A DNA stretch of 64,000 nt from Balanoglossus misakiensis (GCA_040954595.2 CM082584.2:11188552-11252551); one strand, 5' to 3'; positions 37,660 to 53,157 are shown, numbered from the stretch's first letter. Made by a program: numbers and translations. Notes: a model not told the origin generated them from the sequence alone.

Positions 37660-39594
37660 TCACCGCAGAACGTTCAAATTTGTCCCCTCTGCTTTCATGT
37701 AATCCCCATACAGCCACGCCTTGCCTTTCTTCTTGTTGTTGTACGTCCATTGCACTTCAGATACTGGCGAAACTCGGACTCTCTAAAAAAGCGGATAAAC
37801 GTATTTGTAATAAACAACAACAATAATACATGTATTACGCGTTGCTCTCGTCGCCAACGTTACTGAACCAGCCTTACGTCACTGAAATCTAAAAGCAACG
37901 GCCAGGTGGCGTTCCCTTGCATATGGTTATACTGAAAGCGTCACACGTTTTTACCTGTTGTAGCACTCTTTCGTACGGGTAGTCCATAAGATGGCTCTCT
38001 GCGTATTGTCTTGATGATGTCTTGATGTACTCGTCACCGAGAGACTGTGCAAGCGTTGCCTGTGTCGTGTGAAATAGAGAGGTGATATTCGTGACGTAGG
38101 CCTAAAGGGTTGTAATTTGTTTCCAATAAAAACGAAAGGTTCGACCTACGTACCGTCGCGTTCGGCGTTCCAGTAAGATGCGAAGTGCGTTTTGAAGGAT
38201 TGTTTGCCAGGAAATCGGCAGTGCGGGTAAAACTGAAAGAACAAAACAGACGTGACTCTTGTTGTGCGTTCAGTGAGAGAAGAGAGCGAGTGGAGAAGGC
38301 AACTTCTTCGGCGCAGAGAAAGCTTTCAGCAAATATTCTCGCTTCACTTTCTTTCCACTTACTAGTAAACCGTCATTTCGATGTGCCATCGAAGTTTCTT
38401 GTAACCGTCACAAGACCAACAATTCCTAGACCCTTTTAGCTTCCTGAAAATAAAACAAAATATGGGTCTTTGATTATACGTCGTTGTTGCCATACGCTGG
38501 GAATGGAACATAGCTTTATTTATTGTCTTTCAAGCAATCAAGTGATAATACATGTAAACTGAATTTTTCTCACTTTTTCCTGCCCGTGCCGTTGCATTCC
38601 GGACACCTGCCGCCGTCGTTCCATCCTCGTCCACTGCATGCTACACACGTGACCTTAAAATTAAATGAATAAATAGACAGAGGTAATACAGTCGCTTGCA
38701 AAAATATAAAACCACCGAAATAAATGATATCCAACCATTAGTACAGCCAAACTTACCACTGTTATGGTCTCGTAGCCTAAAACTTCGTGTCCGGTTCCAT
38801 TACACGCACTGCAGTTCTTGACCAGAGCCGAGTGAGGCACGTAAACAGTCTTCCGATGGTCCAGAAATTCTTGATCAGCTCGAACCGGTACCTCCCATGG
38901 TGGTGGTGCGTTTCCGTTACTATCGTCGTCCACGGACCCACCTCAAAAAATAAAACATTAGAATCATCAGGCTTACTAGATACATATAAGGTGTGAAACT
39001 GGAAGTTGTGTTCTGGTATTCAACAACAATAAACGCGAATGTTCAAAAAATGAAAGTGTTTATAACTCTCACCTCTGTAAGGCGATATTCTCCATCTGGC
39101 GATTCTAACTTCACAGAATAGATAAAGCTGGTACTGCAGAAAGACATACGCAAGATAAGGTTCTAACGGAACGGGTGAACAAAAGTCTCTGCTATTTTAA
39201 ACTTATTACTTTCCGGTAAGACCAATTCAATTATACTCACGTGTATTTTATCGTATGATGTTGAGACGTGGTCGACTCGTAGATTCTTTATCAGAGTCTC
39301 GGGATAACTATCGTCGAAGGCGAGCAGGATCAACCATTCCTTGGCCTGTTCCTTTGTTAGATTATCACTGAGTGAAGAAAATATAGGAGTTAACATATTC
39401 AGTATTCTCTGCTTACAATCTTGGAGTGAACTTCAGAAGAAATCGATATCGATCAGAATTTTACTTGCGCTTTGAATATTCATTTGCACAGGTGTAAATT
39501 ACCATGATAACATCGTTTGCACTTACTGTAGAACTTCAGTGTGGTAAATTTCTTCTGGAACAGGTGCGAGTCTTGGGCCAATCGGAGCTCTCAT
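37660..39594 (-). CDS. SSUH2 (ssu-2 homolog)-like protein with DnaJ-type CxxCxGxG zinc motifs, divergent
   Basis: Nine phase-compatible exons: MRAPIGP..EVLH|DNLTKEQAKEWL..|YQLYLFCEVRIARWRISPYR|GGSVDDDSNGNAPPPWEVPV..F.DHRKTVYVPHSALVKNCSACNGTG|VTCVACSGRG..CPECNGTGRK|..CWSCDGYKKL..|..|..ERVLQQ|RVRVSPVSEVQWTY..WLYG..VLR*. The 5' end is uncertain. Confidence 0.75.
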
Positions 39595-42084
39595 TACTGC
39601 GCATTCTTCCCCTGAGTAAAGACAGTAAAAAGCAACGTATAAGAAAAGTAAAATAAAATTTGGGGGCGGGAGGCAAGTTCAGCCTTGCCAACATAGCGTT
39701 GGCCATTTTCAGTATTTCTACTTTGTACTTTGTTCAGTGGACTCGAAAGCAACACAGTCAGGCAGGCTGGCAGTTGGTATATCAAAATGGGTACCACTGG
39801 GCCTCCATGCAGCATACCACGAAATAAAACGGTGGGGCTGACTCCACTTACTTCACCTTATATCAAATGTACACCTTTTACCAGTAGGAAGTTTTTCGCA
39901 CTTCCCTATACTTTTGTTCTATTTTTATCGATAAATTCGTGATATTATTGGCCTGGCCGGTGTCAATATTGATCGGCTGTTTCGTCACCTGCAGAGAGCG
40001 CCATTTCGCAGAGTTCACCAGTTATCTCGACAGAGGTCGATTGAGTGGCATACCAAACATGCCGATTAGAGGTTGGCAAGCGATATTGGCTTCTGTTGTT
40101 TATTCTAGATTATTCAGTAAAATATTACGTGTTAAAATCAGTTTGCGCGTAACAGGATATCGTTCGAAATGATAGTATACGCCTCGAAGATCAACGTCTT
40201 AGGTTTGGGGTTTTCTTAACCTGTGACCAAGGCGAATACTACCTTAACAGTGCCATCAGACATGTACTTACTCATGAGATTAGTATAACCAATCGGCGGG
40301 TCAGGATATTGGAGTACTTCCAGCGCCATTTTCCTTATTTTTTCCCAGATCTCCGTCAAGACAAGATAGTGTAGATGCTCTTGATATTTAAATCAATTGC
40401 CAGACTATAGAGAGAGAGAAAAATGGTAGCCTTGTGAGGGAAAATGTGCGAAACACTGAGTTAAACACACGAGTTAAATATTGATTACTACCTAGGTGCA
40501 GTTCCCGACTACACAAGTGTTAAATTCAAGGTAAATAGCTTAGTGTCGCATTTGCAGTTTCATTTCGGTTAGTGTCCATCGGACACTGGAAAACAGAGAC
40601 GACTAGACTTACCTGTGAAACAAGACGATGAAGAGTACAAGCATGGGTTACATACACCAAAAGTAAACCATTTACTTTACATCAACATTATTTGAATGGC
40701 AGAGGTGGTGACACCAAGCAATTAATGACATATTTGCGTCGCCCAGATGCGGTGATAATGATAGGAGAGGGCCATCACAGTAGGTCGAGCTTTTGGTGTC
40801 ATCCTGGGACAGGACCCCCGGGAATGACGTATCCCTTGAGCAGAGGTCAAAGGTTACAACTACTTTATCGTTGGCGTGGGTTGCTATTGGAGTATGTTTG
40901 TGAAGCTGTGTGGATGAGAGTTCATTTACATAGCTTCCCATTTGAGAGAGATTTTTGACCAGCTTTAAAAATTATGGTCTACCTTCACCCGATTTTCAAA
41001 ATTAACGCTGAGTTTTACTTCAAAACACTTTTATTTCTTTTTCTCCAAACCTAGTTTGCAAAGGCAGTATCTGACTGCTGTGTGTAAAAATTACTTCGAA
41101 TATTCTTGTATGTACAAAACTGAGCCGCCAGTGCATAACCATGCATATATACATACACTGTTTTCCATACACTCTATGACACACCGTTTTGGACGGATTA
41201 CCAAACTACAACCCAGACTAACCAACTAACTGCCCACAAAATGTCACCTGTTGCTAAGTGATCAGTTTGGGTTGTAGGTTTTTTGACACATGAAGTAATA
41301 TACTACATTACAAAATCATAGTAAAAATTATTTAAAAACTATCAAAATAATCTATTAAAATTAATTTGAGAACTCATTTGTGCTGATATTTCATATACAT
41401 GTACAATTTGTAAGCTCACGCATACAAAGTTCAATCACAAGGTTTTAGCAGATTGGAAATTTACCATAATATCCCCAGTCCTACCATTAATTAAAAAGAC
41501 ACACTGGATTTCATCATAACACATTTCTCGTGATTTATGGACAAAAAATCCACATTTGAGGAAACAAAACACAAACTTGATTGCTCTTTGAAGTCAGATG
41601 TTTAACAAAACCACACACACAAATATCAGCTGTCCACATCATGTGTGACATTGTAGCCATCCATATTGCAAATTAAAAAAACACTCATATATATAGGCAC
41701 ATGCCAAAGATGAAAACAGTGTTGCAATGACTCTTGTAAAAACGAACCTTAACACAGAGATGCATGACATGGTTGCCCTTTCTTGGTTCATGGGTTCAGC
41801 CTTAGAAATATAAATATTGTGTGTAAATCACCAACAACTGTTGGATACCCTTTCGCTCCACACAGGGCCTCCACACCTCAACTGAGACCAGAAGGGTTGA
41901 TGCTCAACACTTCGCACAGTGGGCATACAGTGACCTGCAGATGGCAGATCCGGAAAGAGTAAGGCCAAGTATCACGTGATAATGACACTTCAATAGGCCG
42001 TAACACCACCCACATAGAAGGCCTATGACACATCCTCACGCGCAATAAGACAGCCCACTTGTACCAAACAACAGACAATCAATG

Positions 42085-44613
42085 CTACGAGGAATCCTGT
42101 CTGTGATCAAGGACCAACTTCCTGAATCTCTGTGCTGAGCTGGGTCTCTTAGTGCTGGCAGATGAGGGCGGAGACGGCCTTAACGGTGGTGATGGTGACG
42201 CACCTGGCTGTCCTGGACGGAGTATGGCTCTCTCCTGTTGAGAAGATGTTTTACAATTTCAACAATCAATGAGGCACAATTTGAATTTAATCATTCCATA
42301 ATCTAGCTCATAGATGGCATTATTTCTACAGAGGTAACTTAGCTCTTTTTATGCCAAAGTACAAAAATAAAACATGTATGGCTGTTCGCATGAATTCCAT
42401 TTATCATTCCACCAGGCTAGTCCTAGATGATTTTTACTCACAGTGGCTTTCATAGCTCTGTGCCTAGGAGCTGGCACTGGTGGTGTCTGTTTGCCGGGGA
42501 AAGACAATGTAACATTTGTCGCTGATAATGTTGGACTTGGTGCCTGTGGTACAATGCCATGGTTCGCTTTCACTGGAGTGGCTTTGGGGCCGTTGGTTTG
42601 TGCCAACATGGTTTGCGGCCGCATCTTTGGACTGCTTGGTTTCAGAGGTGCTGGAAGTTTTCTGGGAGATAGAAAAAAAAAAGGTCATCTTGGTTATACA
42701 GATTCCCAAAACTTATACAGATTATAGCCATACACTGCGACCCAACCTGACACCACAAACTCACCTCGTTGGCGGTAACGACTTTTTACCAGGCGGAGTG
42801 GTTGGCAATGAACTCTCAGCAGCTTTCTGTAACTTGGACCTCTCTTCTTTTAAATCTGCAAATCAAAAATTATTTTAGAGGAATTGTAGCATTAACATGA
42901 AAATGTATGATTGGCTGTTTAACAGGCGGGTACACCTCATGTTGGCCAATCAGAGATCTTCCCCTACCTAGAAGTGACGGTTCTCTGTGTACTGCCATGA
43001 CTGACTTGGCCCTGAAATCCGATTCTTCTTCCAGGCAGTCTTGAAGAAATGTGATATCTCGTAGTAGTATCTCAATCTCATCTTGTAAACTTTGCCTACA
43101 AAGAATTAAACGAAAAGTTTTAATACCATTTTCAGTTGAAAGATTTGAAAATGATGTACATGTATTCACACTGTGTCTGAGCCTATATGCGATATTACAG
43201 CATCAAAGATGTCCTCCTTACCTAAGTTGGTGAACTACCTCATCGATTTTTAAGATATTCAGTTGATCTTTGACCGATTCCACTTGATCACTGATGGTGG
43301 ATGACAGAGACAACCTGGAAAAGGTGCATAACACAACATTTTAGATTCTGTCGGATAAAAAGACAATGGAGAAGATTCACACTCAAAATCAATGCTTACA
43401 CATCTCCGTCACTAGAGGGCGTCATCAGCGGCGTTTCTCTGCCATCTCTAGAACTTGCCGCTGTTGAGGGTCTTTTCAAAGTACTTGCAGCAGGGGTCCC
43501 TGAAAAGCCAGACAAATATCTGAGTGACTTGTGAACTTATCAATGCATGTGCATGTTTCTCTGACAATACACACACAGAATGTGCACGTAACCTTTTCAC
43601 CATCCAAGAAATATGTGATCATGAAACTTGACGGATACATGTAATTGCCATGTAAAGACATTCAGATCAGACAATAAACAAGAAACTATTCCAGAAATCT
43701 CTGTGGTTTTGTTTGTAAGTGGCCAGGCAAATATCAAACGGACAAAGCACTCAAGTTTATTGTGGGTTGTGTTATTGATGTTGGTGTCATCTATCAGACA
43801 CTGGAGTGTTTTTATTAAGGTCACCCACCTTTCTTAACCTTTTCTTGCATTACATAAGTCAAGACCTCGCTGTTATTCTCTGTAAATATTGACTCAGAAG
43901 GTCTGAAAGAAAACAAAAAGAAGTCAACCCTTCCACAGCTACGAAAGATTTAGATGAAGACTTTCAGACCACAAATGGTAAATGGCTGATGCTTTCCTTA
44001 ACATCAGATACTTGTTAAACCTTTACATAACCACTTTATCTAAAGTTCACTGATAAACACAACACAATTCTCATGACCCTCAGTAAAGAAAGAATAAAAT
44101 TCATAACGTTAATACACTACCTTCCTTCTTCTTTGGCTTTCTCCTTCAAGCTACCCACTAAAATTTTGATATGATTCACTAGACTCTGTCTGATTTGCGG
44201 AGGTTCTGGTAACATTCTCCTTGTCGGTATCAGACCATTGGTTTCTTCCCTGTAGTCCCTCCATATCTCTAATAATAATTCAACCTTTATAAAAGAAAAA
44301 ATATAAATACTACTTTGGTATGTTGTATCACACTCAGCCTTTCTGCCAACTGCTAACAAACCTAATATCACAACTCTTTCATGATTCCAACGATCTTTAT
44401 GCATCACTGGTATGTGACAATGGCTTAAATGGGGCACACTGATCATGTGTTGCTTACCTCCGTATGGAGTTCCAAACTCTGCTCTACCAAGGATTCTCCC
44501 AGGATCTCCCGGATTTCCTCGATCTCTTCCCGCGGCACATTCTCTTCCACGTGTCTCCACAGTGAAGTAGGAGGCTCAAAGGCCTGTAAATCATATGGTG
44601 GTGGTTCTGTCAT
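42085..44613 (-). CDS. CCDC24: Coiled-coil domain-containing protein 24-like
   Basis: MTEPPPYDLQAFEPPTSLWRHVEENVPREEIEEIREILGESLVEQSLELHTE|VELLLEIWRDYREE..LPEPPQIRQSLVNHIKILVGSLKEKA, VKDQLNILKIDEVVHQLR|QSLQDEIEILLRDITFLQDCLEEE, then a Pro/Ser-rich tail ending RPSSAQRFRKLVLDHRQDSS*. Confidence 0.8.
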
Positions 44614-46027
44614 AACCACCGGACTGACTATCTAACAGCAGTCAAGACAGATTCACCCACATAGCACAGAATTCATATTTGCTGTATGGGATTCACATTC
44701 TTATGATGCTGTCATTTACAAGATATCATATAAATCCACAAGTGCTGGATGCTCAAGACTATGCCCTGATCTTCTGAGTTACTTGATTTGGCAAATCACC
44801 TGACAAGGAAAAAAGGAAACGCTGGGGTTAAAGTGCAAGTTATTCACTTGCTACAGAAGGTGGCAGTGAATGATCTGTTATGCATTATCTGTAATGTTCA
44901 CTCAGTTATGCTGGATACAGTACAGGTAGCTAGTCCCATACATGTAATCGTATATACATGCTACTAAATACGTGTACATGTAATAAGACAGGTGAACCAT
45001 TGGTAGTTGCATGGTACTGTTCCTTGTATAGTGGCATATTGCAGCTCTATCTGCCAACTGACAGCAACAGACGTGGGCAAGTTGTCAAAATATACACATT
45101 TGGCGTCCTTGGTCACTCGTATTACCATGTCAACATAAACATTCAACTATCTCTCCACTTCGTAGTCAGGTCAACTCTAGTCTTAAGTTTTAGGTTAACA
45201 TGGGAAATTTCACGAATATATTAGACTGTACCTTATGTATCCAAAGCCGTCATCGTCAGTTCACATCGTCCCTACAGTATGTACTGAGAATTGTGGGCCT
45301 GGGCTGTCGAGCGGAATCCAACTCCTTGTCGTGCACTAAAATTTACAAAATGGCTGCACTTGTGTACTACGTCATCAAAATGGGGTAGGTGCCCACGGCG
45401 ATATTCATTTGCACAGATTGCATATTACGGCAATATTTGTTGGCCCTCGGGTGACTACTTCAAGATTCAGTCACTTAATTCCTCTGTAAAATTACTAAAG
45501 TAAACATTTCTGCCAGAAATGAATGGTTTCTACGTGTTCGAAAACGACCATTGAAAAGCGCCACCACCAGATACGTCGAATGAACTTCTGTTTTTATTAT
45601 CCCCCCCCCCCGTTATCGACAACACACACATTGCTAAAGTCTTCGAATAACTTTTATTTAAAACATGCGAACTATTCAAGCCAAAACATTTGACATAAAG
45701 GTATTATTCAGATAAGCATACTGAAACCTGTACAGCTTTTGTACTGGCTTCCTTCAGCGATTGCAGCAGAAATACTTTGATATCTGATAGTCCACTCTTG
45801 CAGTATTCATCTCAAATTCTTTGACACCTAGATGTGGCAAAGTCTGCAGATGTTATCAGTGACACTACAGTCATGTGACAAGATGTCCCCCACAAGTTTT
45901 TTAATAGAAGATACTAGTGTTCACTATGCAGAATCTCTGTAGTCTTTGGTACCACCACCTCCTCCAAGATGGCTGTCACCTCTGCTCTGGTGGTTGTCTC
46001 TCCCTGGTCCTGCTCTTCTTCAAAATC

Positions 46028-49000
46028 CTAGAGGTACAAACTTGCAGCAAACACAATGTCCCTCTTTATTTTGGTTATGCCTGAAAATAAAAATGTCTCT
46101 ATGAGTAATGTGACATGTCATGAAATGCGCTATTGGCCTTTTTTCATGCTTTTAACAATTTGATGATTGTCAACACTTCATGCTTTAACAGACACAAAAA
46201 TACCATATCTCCTGGAAATGCATAAACACACACAAAAATAATGACTGCAATGGTGAATTTCGGAAATGAGAATAAACTTACCCTCAGCAAATTTATTTTC
46301 TAAATCAGTGTTACCAATGGCTTTGGCTGCTTGGCACATTTCTCGCATCAATTCTTCAAGACGCCGCATACACCTGATGATACTGCCTGTAAAGGTGGAT
46401 GGTAACAGAATTGTCAGGGTGCAAATCATATAACACACAAAGCACTTTTATTATGACTCAAGTTATGCCAAAAGCTTCCATACACCCCAAGGTAGAGGCA
46501 CCACCACCCACCTTCAAAGACATCAGTCATTTTACAGATCTGAGCAAAGCTGGCACCATTCGCCCACGCAAAGCAGACGTCCATCAGGTGAGGCCGGAAT
46601 GATTCCACATAATCTTCCTCGTCAATTTCAAGCTTGGCTTCCTCGCTGACTTTGGCTATTCTTCGAGCTGACTCCTAAACATTGGGAGAGAATCACAAGA
46701 AAGTTTATTTGACTGTGAAATGATGTTAATACTGCACCAACTCAATGCAAAAAGCAGTAAATTTTGATGTTACATTTATGCCAATTGCTTTCCCCACCAC
46801 TATACCTGCATTTGCCTGAGGGGACCAGACAGCTCCTCGGTCAGCTTAGGCATTTCTGAAGCCTTCTCTTGAAACACAAAACAACTCAACAAGGCAACAA
46901 TCTGCTCAGCTTTCAGTTCGTTGAAAACTCCGTTGAAGATCAGCTCTGTCATCAACAGTTCATCGCCACTGCAAAATACAAACAACAGGAATGTCTCATC
47001 TCTAGAAATCTTATAGATTGCCTATGATCAGTTTTGCAAAGGACTACCAGATTACTTGATCATCAAGTACGCACACTGTCCTCGGTCTGTTGGTTGGAGA
47101 TTTCTTACCTGCTGATTTCACAAGCTACTCTTCCTTTCATCTCAATGACGTCTGACGCCGTCGCATATCCCAGCCTCCTCAAAACTCTCTTTCTACATTT
47201 CAACTCATCCATCTGTAAGACTGTCTTGGCTTTCTTCAGCTCTCGCTTCATGCCTTTGATCTCCGATGCAAGCTGCGTGTTATCAAAAGTATATAAACGT
47301 TTTTATTCTTCCAAACACTAACACATATACCGTGTGATGCTCTGAGAACTTGGTCAGACATTTCTTGTGAGTAGAAAAACTAGCTGCGATGATATGTGAA
47401 GCAATACAATGTGACATGACATGATTTGACATGACAATATCATCTTTCATACCTGAGCTTTCTTCTCATACATACTGTACCATTTCTCAAGCTGTGGGTC
47501 GTTGTGAATTGGCTGCGAGTACATCCGGTGTTCAAATGCTTCTATTTTCTGGAGGGAAAATTGGCATCAGAGAGAGAGAGAAACAAGTTACTACACACTT
47601 CAAGAATGGCAAAACGTCTATCTTGGATTCAAGATTGAGTGACAACAGTGAAAAGAATTACTGTTGACCGGATCAAAATGTCAAGGTCAAGGTAAGTGTT
47701 TCTGGACTCACTTCCACCACTTTCTTGAGGGCGTTGTCTTTGATTCCCATATCATCTATCGGATCCAGTAACGGCACACCATCTGGAAACCTCTTCCTCA
47801 CTTCCTGGTGTCATGCAAAAAAATGGAAGAGACACTGAATCTACAACTACAGACTTAATGGCTGTAAAAGTGGAACTTGGAAAAACACTGAAAATCCTGG
47901 AAATGAAGAGATTGTTCCCTACACAGAATTCTTAGTTCAAAAATGTCTCTAGCACAAACCTGGATTGATTTTCCCACACTCTGCCTGTTGTCGTACGGTC
48001 GCAGATCCTTGGGTATGTACAGTCGGATGCTGCTGATCTGTATCAGAAGATGTAACATCACAGGTACAACAACCATCTCGCCTCTCTCGTTCGGCTTCAC
48101 TGGTTTGGCAGATTCTGTCGCGGAGTTCTTGATGCTGTCTTTCGAACAGTTCAGCAGGACTTCTGCGATGTACAGAGGTTCTTTCGGGTTGGCCTTGTTC
48201 TGGTTGGCTTTTTTCTGGAAGTTGACTACAGCGCCCCAGCCGAAGTCATCGTCGTCATTTTTGACCTGTGCAACAAAAAACAGATATTTACATTACGTTG
48301 CATGTAACATCTATAATGAATCAAATTTTGAATTATATCCAAGGTCAGTTGTTGGGTTTTTTTCAGACAGAAAGCTTCTCACAAATCTTACCCTGACAAG
48401 TCGTCCTGGCTGTAAATATGGCAGGCAGTACTTTGGCTGGTTGATAAATGTCTGGAGTTCTTTCCCTAGTTTGTCTATCTGCTGCCGGATCTTGTAGTAC
48501 GCTTCAATACTTTCTTCATTCGGAATAACCTCAGAGTTGTACTCATCTTCAAGTTTCTTTAATTCTGAGGAAAACAAAATGTCACTCTTACGAGAAATGT
48601 CTACTTTTCTCGAATTACTACAGTTACAAAAATCTTTTGTTGCCAAAAAAATTGCATTCTAAGATGAATAATAACAAGTTTGCTGTTAAACTGGCAGACT
48701 CATACCAAGTGAAAAAGTACTCTCATGGAAACGACCAAATGCTTACTGTCAAACATTTCGGGAATTGCTGCGTAGTTCTGAAACTGGTAGAAAGATCTCT
48801 CCAGCATGTACTCTGGGTTGATCTCCTCCACTCGAAGTAAGTTGAGAACCATGTTGTATGTGAGATGAAATGCACTGTTTAGAGGATCAGGTAGGCCCTG
48901 AAATAGAGGAAACGGGTTACAAGTAAATTCAATTGTTTCTGTGAAGAAAGGATTATGGAATTAAGTATATGTTAAATGTTTGGCAATGTTAAGCAATTTT

Positions 49001-52000
49001 ACCACAGAAACACACACCAGTGACCACACACCTGTAGAATGGTCTTTCCAGCACCAGGACTCATCTTCTCATCAATCATGAGTATAACGATTCCTCTGTC
49101 ATCCAGACCACGTCTTCCGGCACGACCACTCATTTGAATATATTCACCAGATGTGATCTGTCGCAAATAAACCCCAGATAATGACATGCAAGGTTCAAGG
49201 CAAAAAAGTGGCCGTCATTTCTCATTATTATAATCATCAATGTTTATTATGTGTGAGAACTTATTTGTTCAATTCATGGAAGACCAAAAAAAATCTAACA
49301 GGTCACACAGTGATCAACATATTGTACTCACCCATCTGAAGTCTTTGCCGTCAAATTTTCTTGGATTTGTGAAGAGTACAGTTCTGGCTGGCATATTGAG
49401 TCCCATTGCAAAAGTCTCGGTCGCAAAGAGCGCCTTGATGAGACCCTCAGAGAAGAGAATCTCGATGGTCTCTTTCAGGATCGGCAGCAAGCCCGAATGA
49501 TGAATTCCTATGCCTCGTTTCAACAGAGGAAGGACATGCTCTACCTGAAAACAATACAAGTCGGCCATATTGGATTTTCCAAAATAAGCATGATAGAGTG
49601 TAGCTCTCACTATGAAATTCTACAGGTTCCACTGTTCCTCGTGTCAGAACCTAATGATAGTATATAAGTCTAAATACTTAGAAAATATTACCAAACAGAT
49701 TTTACCTGTGGTAGTTTCTTGTCTTCGTCAGACAGACAATCAATGGCATTGCTGAACACCTCCTCAACAAGACCTTTCTCACTGGAAGTATTGAAATCCA
49801 ACTTAGACATCTGTAGGGCGTACGCCTCACACTCTTTTTTACTAAAGCTGAACACGATGACCGGAGCAAAGTTCCTCTCCATAATCATCTTGACAATCTT
49901 GAAGCAGTTGGACGGACCTTTGGTTCCACCTTTCCTGCCCCTCAGGGCTTGGTCGCCTTTGGCGGCATCGCCAGCATCGCGCAGGACCGCCATTGCTGCG
50001 TTGAAATTATCATCACGGAACTCTCCCTACAATAGAGATAGTAAATGTGTTAAGGGAGTTTACCAATCAGATGCTCTCTCTTACAAGACCACTCTCAAAC
50101 ACATTATCTGATGTGTCAAAACACTTACATTTTCATCCACCACAAGATGTAGGCCGTCCCCGCCTGCTGGAAAGAGATAGTGTTGAAGTGGAACAGGTCG
50201 ATAATCAGTGTAGACCACATGGCATGGCTGAAAGCAGAGAAAAGAACATGGGCAATAATTAGTAATCATGATGGGGTTATGAAGTATTAGGGATCAGCAC
50301 CAATATACAACAGGTGAAAAATCAACCCTGCACGTATATTCTCTCTCAGGAGAGGGGTGACAAATGATCAACCTGATGCTAAATCAATACCTGTTTGTGG
50401 AGATGGCAGATCCACTCTGCAAACTGCTTTGCATTGGGGATGGTGGCTGACAGAAACACATAGTGTACGTTGTCTGGCAGCAGGATAATTGTCTCTTCCC
50501 ACACAACACCACGTTCTGCAAGAATCGGGGAAAAAAATATTTTACATGCTATACTTTATAAATGATCTTCTGGAAGCAAAACTGAGCAATAGCCTGTGAC
50601 ATAACGTCTTGAGCTAGCCTACCTTTGTCTCTCATGTAGTGGATTTCATCAAAGACAACCCACGCCACTTCCCTCATGATTTCTGAACCTCTGTATAACA
50701 TACTTCGAAGAATCTGCAAACAAAATGTAGAAAATCCATCAATATTTCAATATGTCTGCCGAAGTAGGTACATGTATACACAGTGGAAACATATCTGAAC
50801 TGAACTGACCTCTGTTGTCATGACGAGACAGCTGGCCGAGGGGTTAATGGTCACATCACCCGTCATCAAACCAACATCTTGGAACTCTTCGTATAACTCT
50901 CTGTATTTTTGATTGCTGAGTGCTTTGATTGGTGTTGTATAGATAACTCGCTGGTGGTCTCGCAACGACATTGCGATGGCGTATCTGTGGTGAAAGAGGG
51001 GAGAAATAGCGTCAAGGACACTGTGCTCCCAATTTGATCAGCACTGCAACACATGTGTATAAACATTATATATATATCATTTATTGGACTCGTATTGATC
51101 AATTTCCAGCCACACAATACACCATACCCTCCTAGACCCTTATACATGTGGGCAAACTCTAATATTTTACCGGAAAGACCACACTTACTCAGCCACCACT
51201 GTCTTGCCAGCTGATGTGTGCGCAGAAACCAACACAGACTGGTTGTTTTCTAAACATTTCAATGCTTCTTTCTGGAAAGGATCCAAGATGAATGGATATT
51301 CCTGCAAAACAATTAAGACATCAATTAGCGCCATTTTTGGCCACAACATGACTGCTTGTATTCAAAGCTGCACACACAACAATCTTGAAGACAGAACGGC
51401 ACCACCAACCTTAGCTGCTTTATTTCCTGTTGGTTTCAGTGGTTCGTATTGAAAGTCATGTGGCACAGCTACTTCGTGTGTGCATGCTTCTAATGTTTCC
51501 ACGGGTAGCACTTTCACCTGTGGCAGGTTCTCTGAGGGCCTGAAAACAAGTACAGAAAATGAGATGTGACAAACTTAAACTATTTCTCTTCGAGAGAAGA
51601 TTTGGAGAAATCAACAAATGCAATAGGAGTACTCACGCAAAGTCTTCTGTGATGTGGATTGAAGTTGCTACTTTACTTCTCTTCGCTTCATTTTCACTGT
51701 TTGGATTTCTTCCCAATTCTCGTTTTATTCCTGAACTTTTGGGTACTGCATTCCCGACAAGAACGTCTGATGAACTACTGAAATGAACATAACATTCTTG
51801 AGCGAGTCTGCAGACTGTGACAGTACGACGTATGATCGGTAACGGCTTCAAATTGTGTGTGTATGTGTGTGCTTGTGTATCCTTGGCTTGGAAACGAAAG
51901 ATACTATGACCCTATTCACAAAAACACAACATCAATGACCAAGTTGCTTCGTTTGACGACCTTAGCTGAACTCAAGCACGTGTAGATCGCACTGTGTGTT

Positions 52001-52176
52001 GTTCGTTTTCACGCACCTTCATGTTTATTACACTTTATGACCAGGGTGTCGGGCAGAAATACTTACGAATTGTCTGTCTTTCCATCTCTTCCCCGCTTCT
52101 GTTTGCTCTTGGCTTTGTCCGACACGTTATCCTCATCGAAAACGCTGAAGAGATCGCTGCCAAAGGCTTCTGCCAT
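46028..52176 (-). CDS. MTREX: Exosome RNA helicase MTR4 (SKIV2L2)
   Basis: [15 protein letters not shown] start, [17 protein letters not shown]|[74 protein letters not shown], ending [14 protein letters not shown]. Confidence 0.97.
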
Positions 52177-53157
52177 GTTGAGAAATCGACGGACAACATA
52201 CGAAATATATCAACTACCCACAATGCCCGTTTCACTTCCGGGTCATCCAGAATAAAGCGCACTCAATCCACCGCTCTGTGTTTTACTTCGTTTCTTGATG
52301 TCTTAGTTTCACGGATTAAAATCATCAGCTCAGTCAATGCATGTTCTCCACTGGTTCTTTGTTTATTTGAGTCGGTCAATACCAAAAAAGGACACTATAT
52401 ACCCAGAGAGACTTTCTGAAAACATTTTATTCATCTACATACATTTACCAAGAAAGACTGTCATCTGTCATACATACTGTTTACTGTGTAGTCTGTATTG
52501 ACTGGTGTACAACACTTCACTAGTGATACATGGCAGTGTGCGCTAAATGCCCAAGAATGTGAAAAGACAACTACAATGTGTAAATAAACTGAACATATAC
52601 TGATATAGAACAATCCAATATATCCACCAAACATAATGAAACATAATGAAATACAAATTTATAGTAACTTACTAAAATTGCCATCTTGAAAAAGATCCAA
52701 CTCAGTAGCAGATTATATGTGTAAAAGTTTGGTTAAAATCATCAGTGGTTCACATTGTGAACCTTATAAAGTGTTTCAATGACCTTGTTCAGCACCGAAT
52801 GGTGTTTTTTATAGACCCTGGTTGGTCCAGTGAACCCTGAGAAGTACAGACTATGCTGCACACAGAAATCTAGAGCAGCAAATGGAGAAATCTTCACTAC
52901 GATACATTTTCATCAAATCTGACTAAATTTCAACTATACACAACACTTTGGTCACAATAATCTTCATATGACTCGAGAAGAATCATTAATATCATAGCAA
53001 GGGAAATGAAGTGACAGCAAAAGGAAACATAAGCATCTTATGTTCCCACTAACAACATTTAACAGCAAACCCTACAAACATTATACACAAGCTATCATTC
53101 CTTTTGTGCTGCACACGAGTTTATTTTACAGTGATAGACTGAGCAGAATTCACTTTC

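Noticed and set aside
40672-40958. Overlapping ~89-aa ORFs between the SSUH2-like gene and CCDC24
   Set aside because: They have no motif or splice support I can verify. The region could hold 5' exons of the SSUH2-like gene (donor-like site at ~40612), but this cannot be supported.
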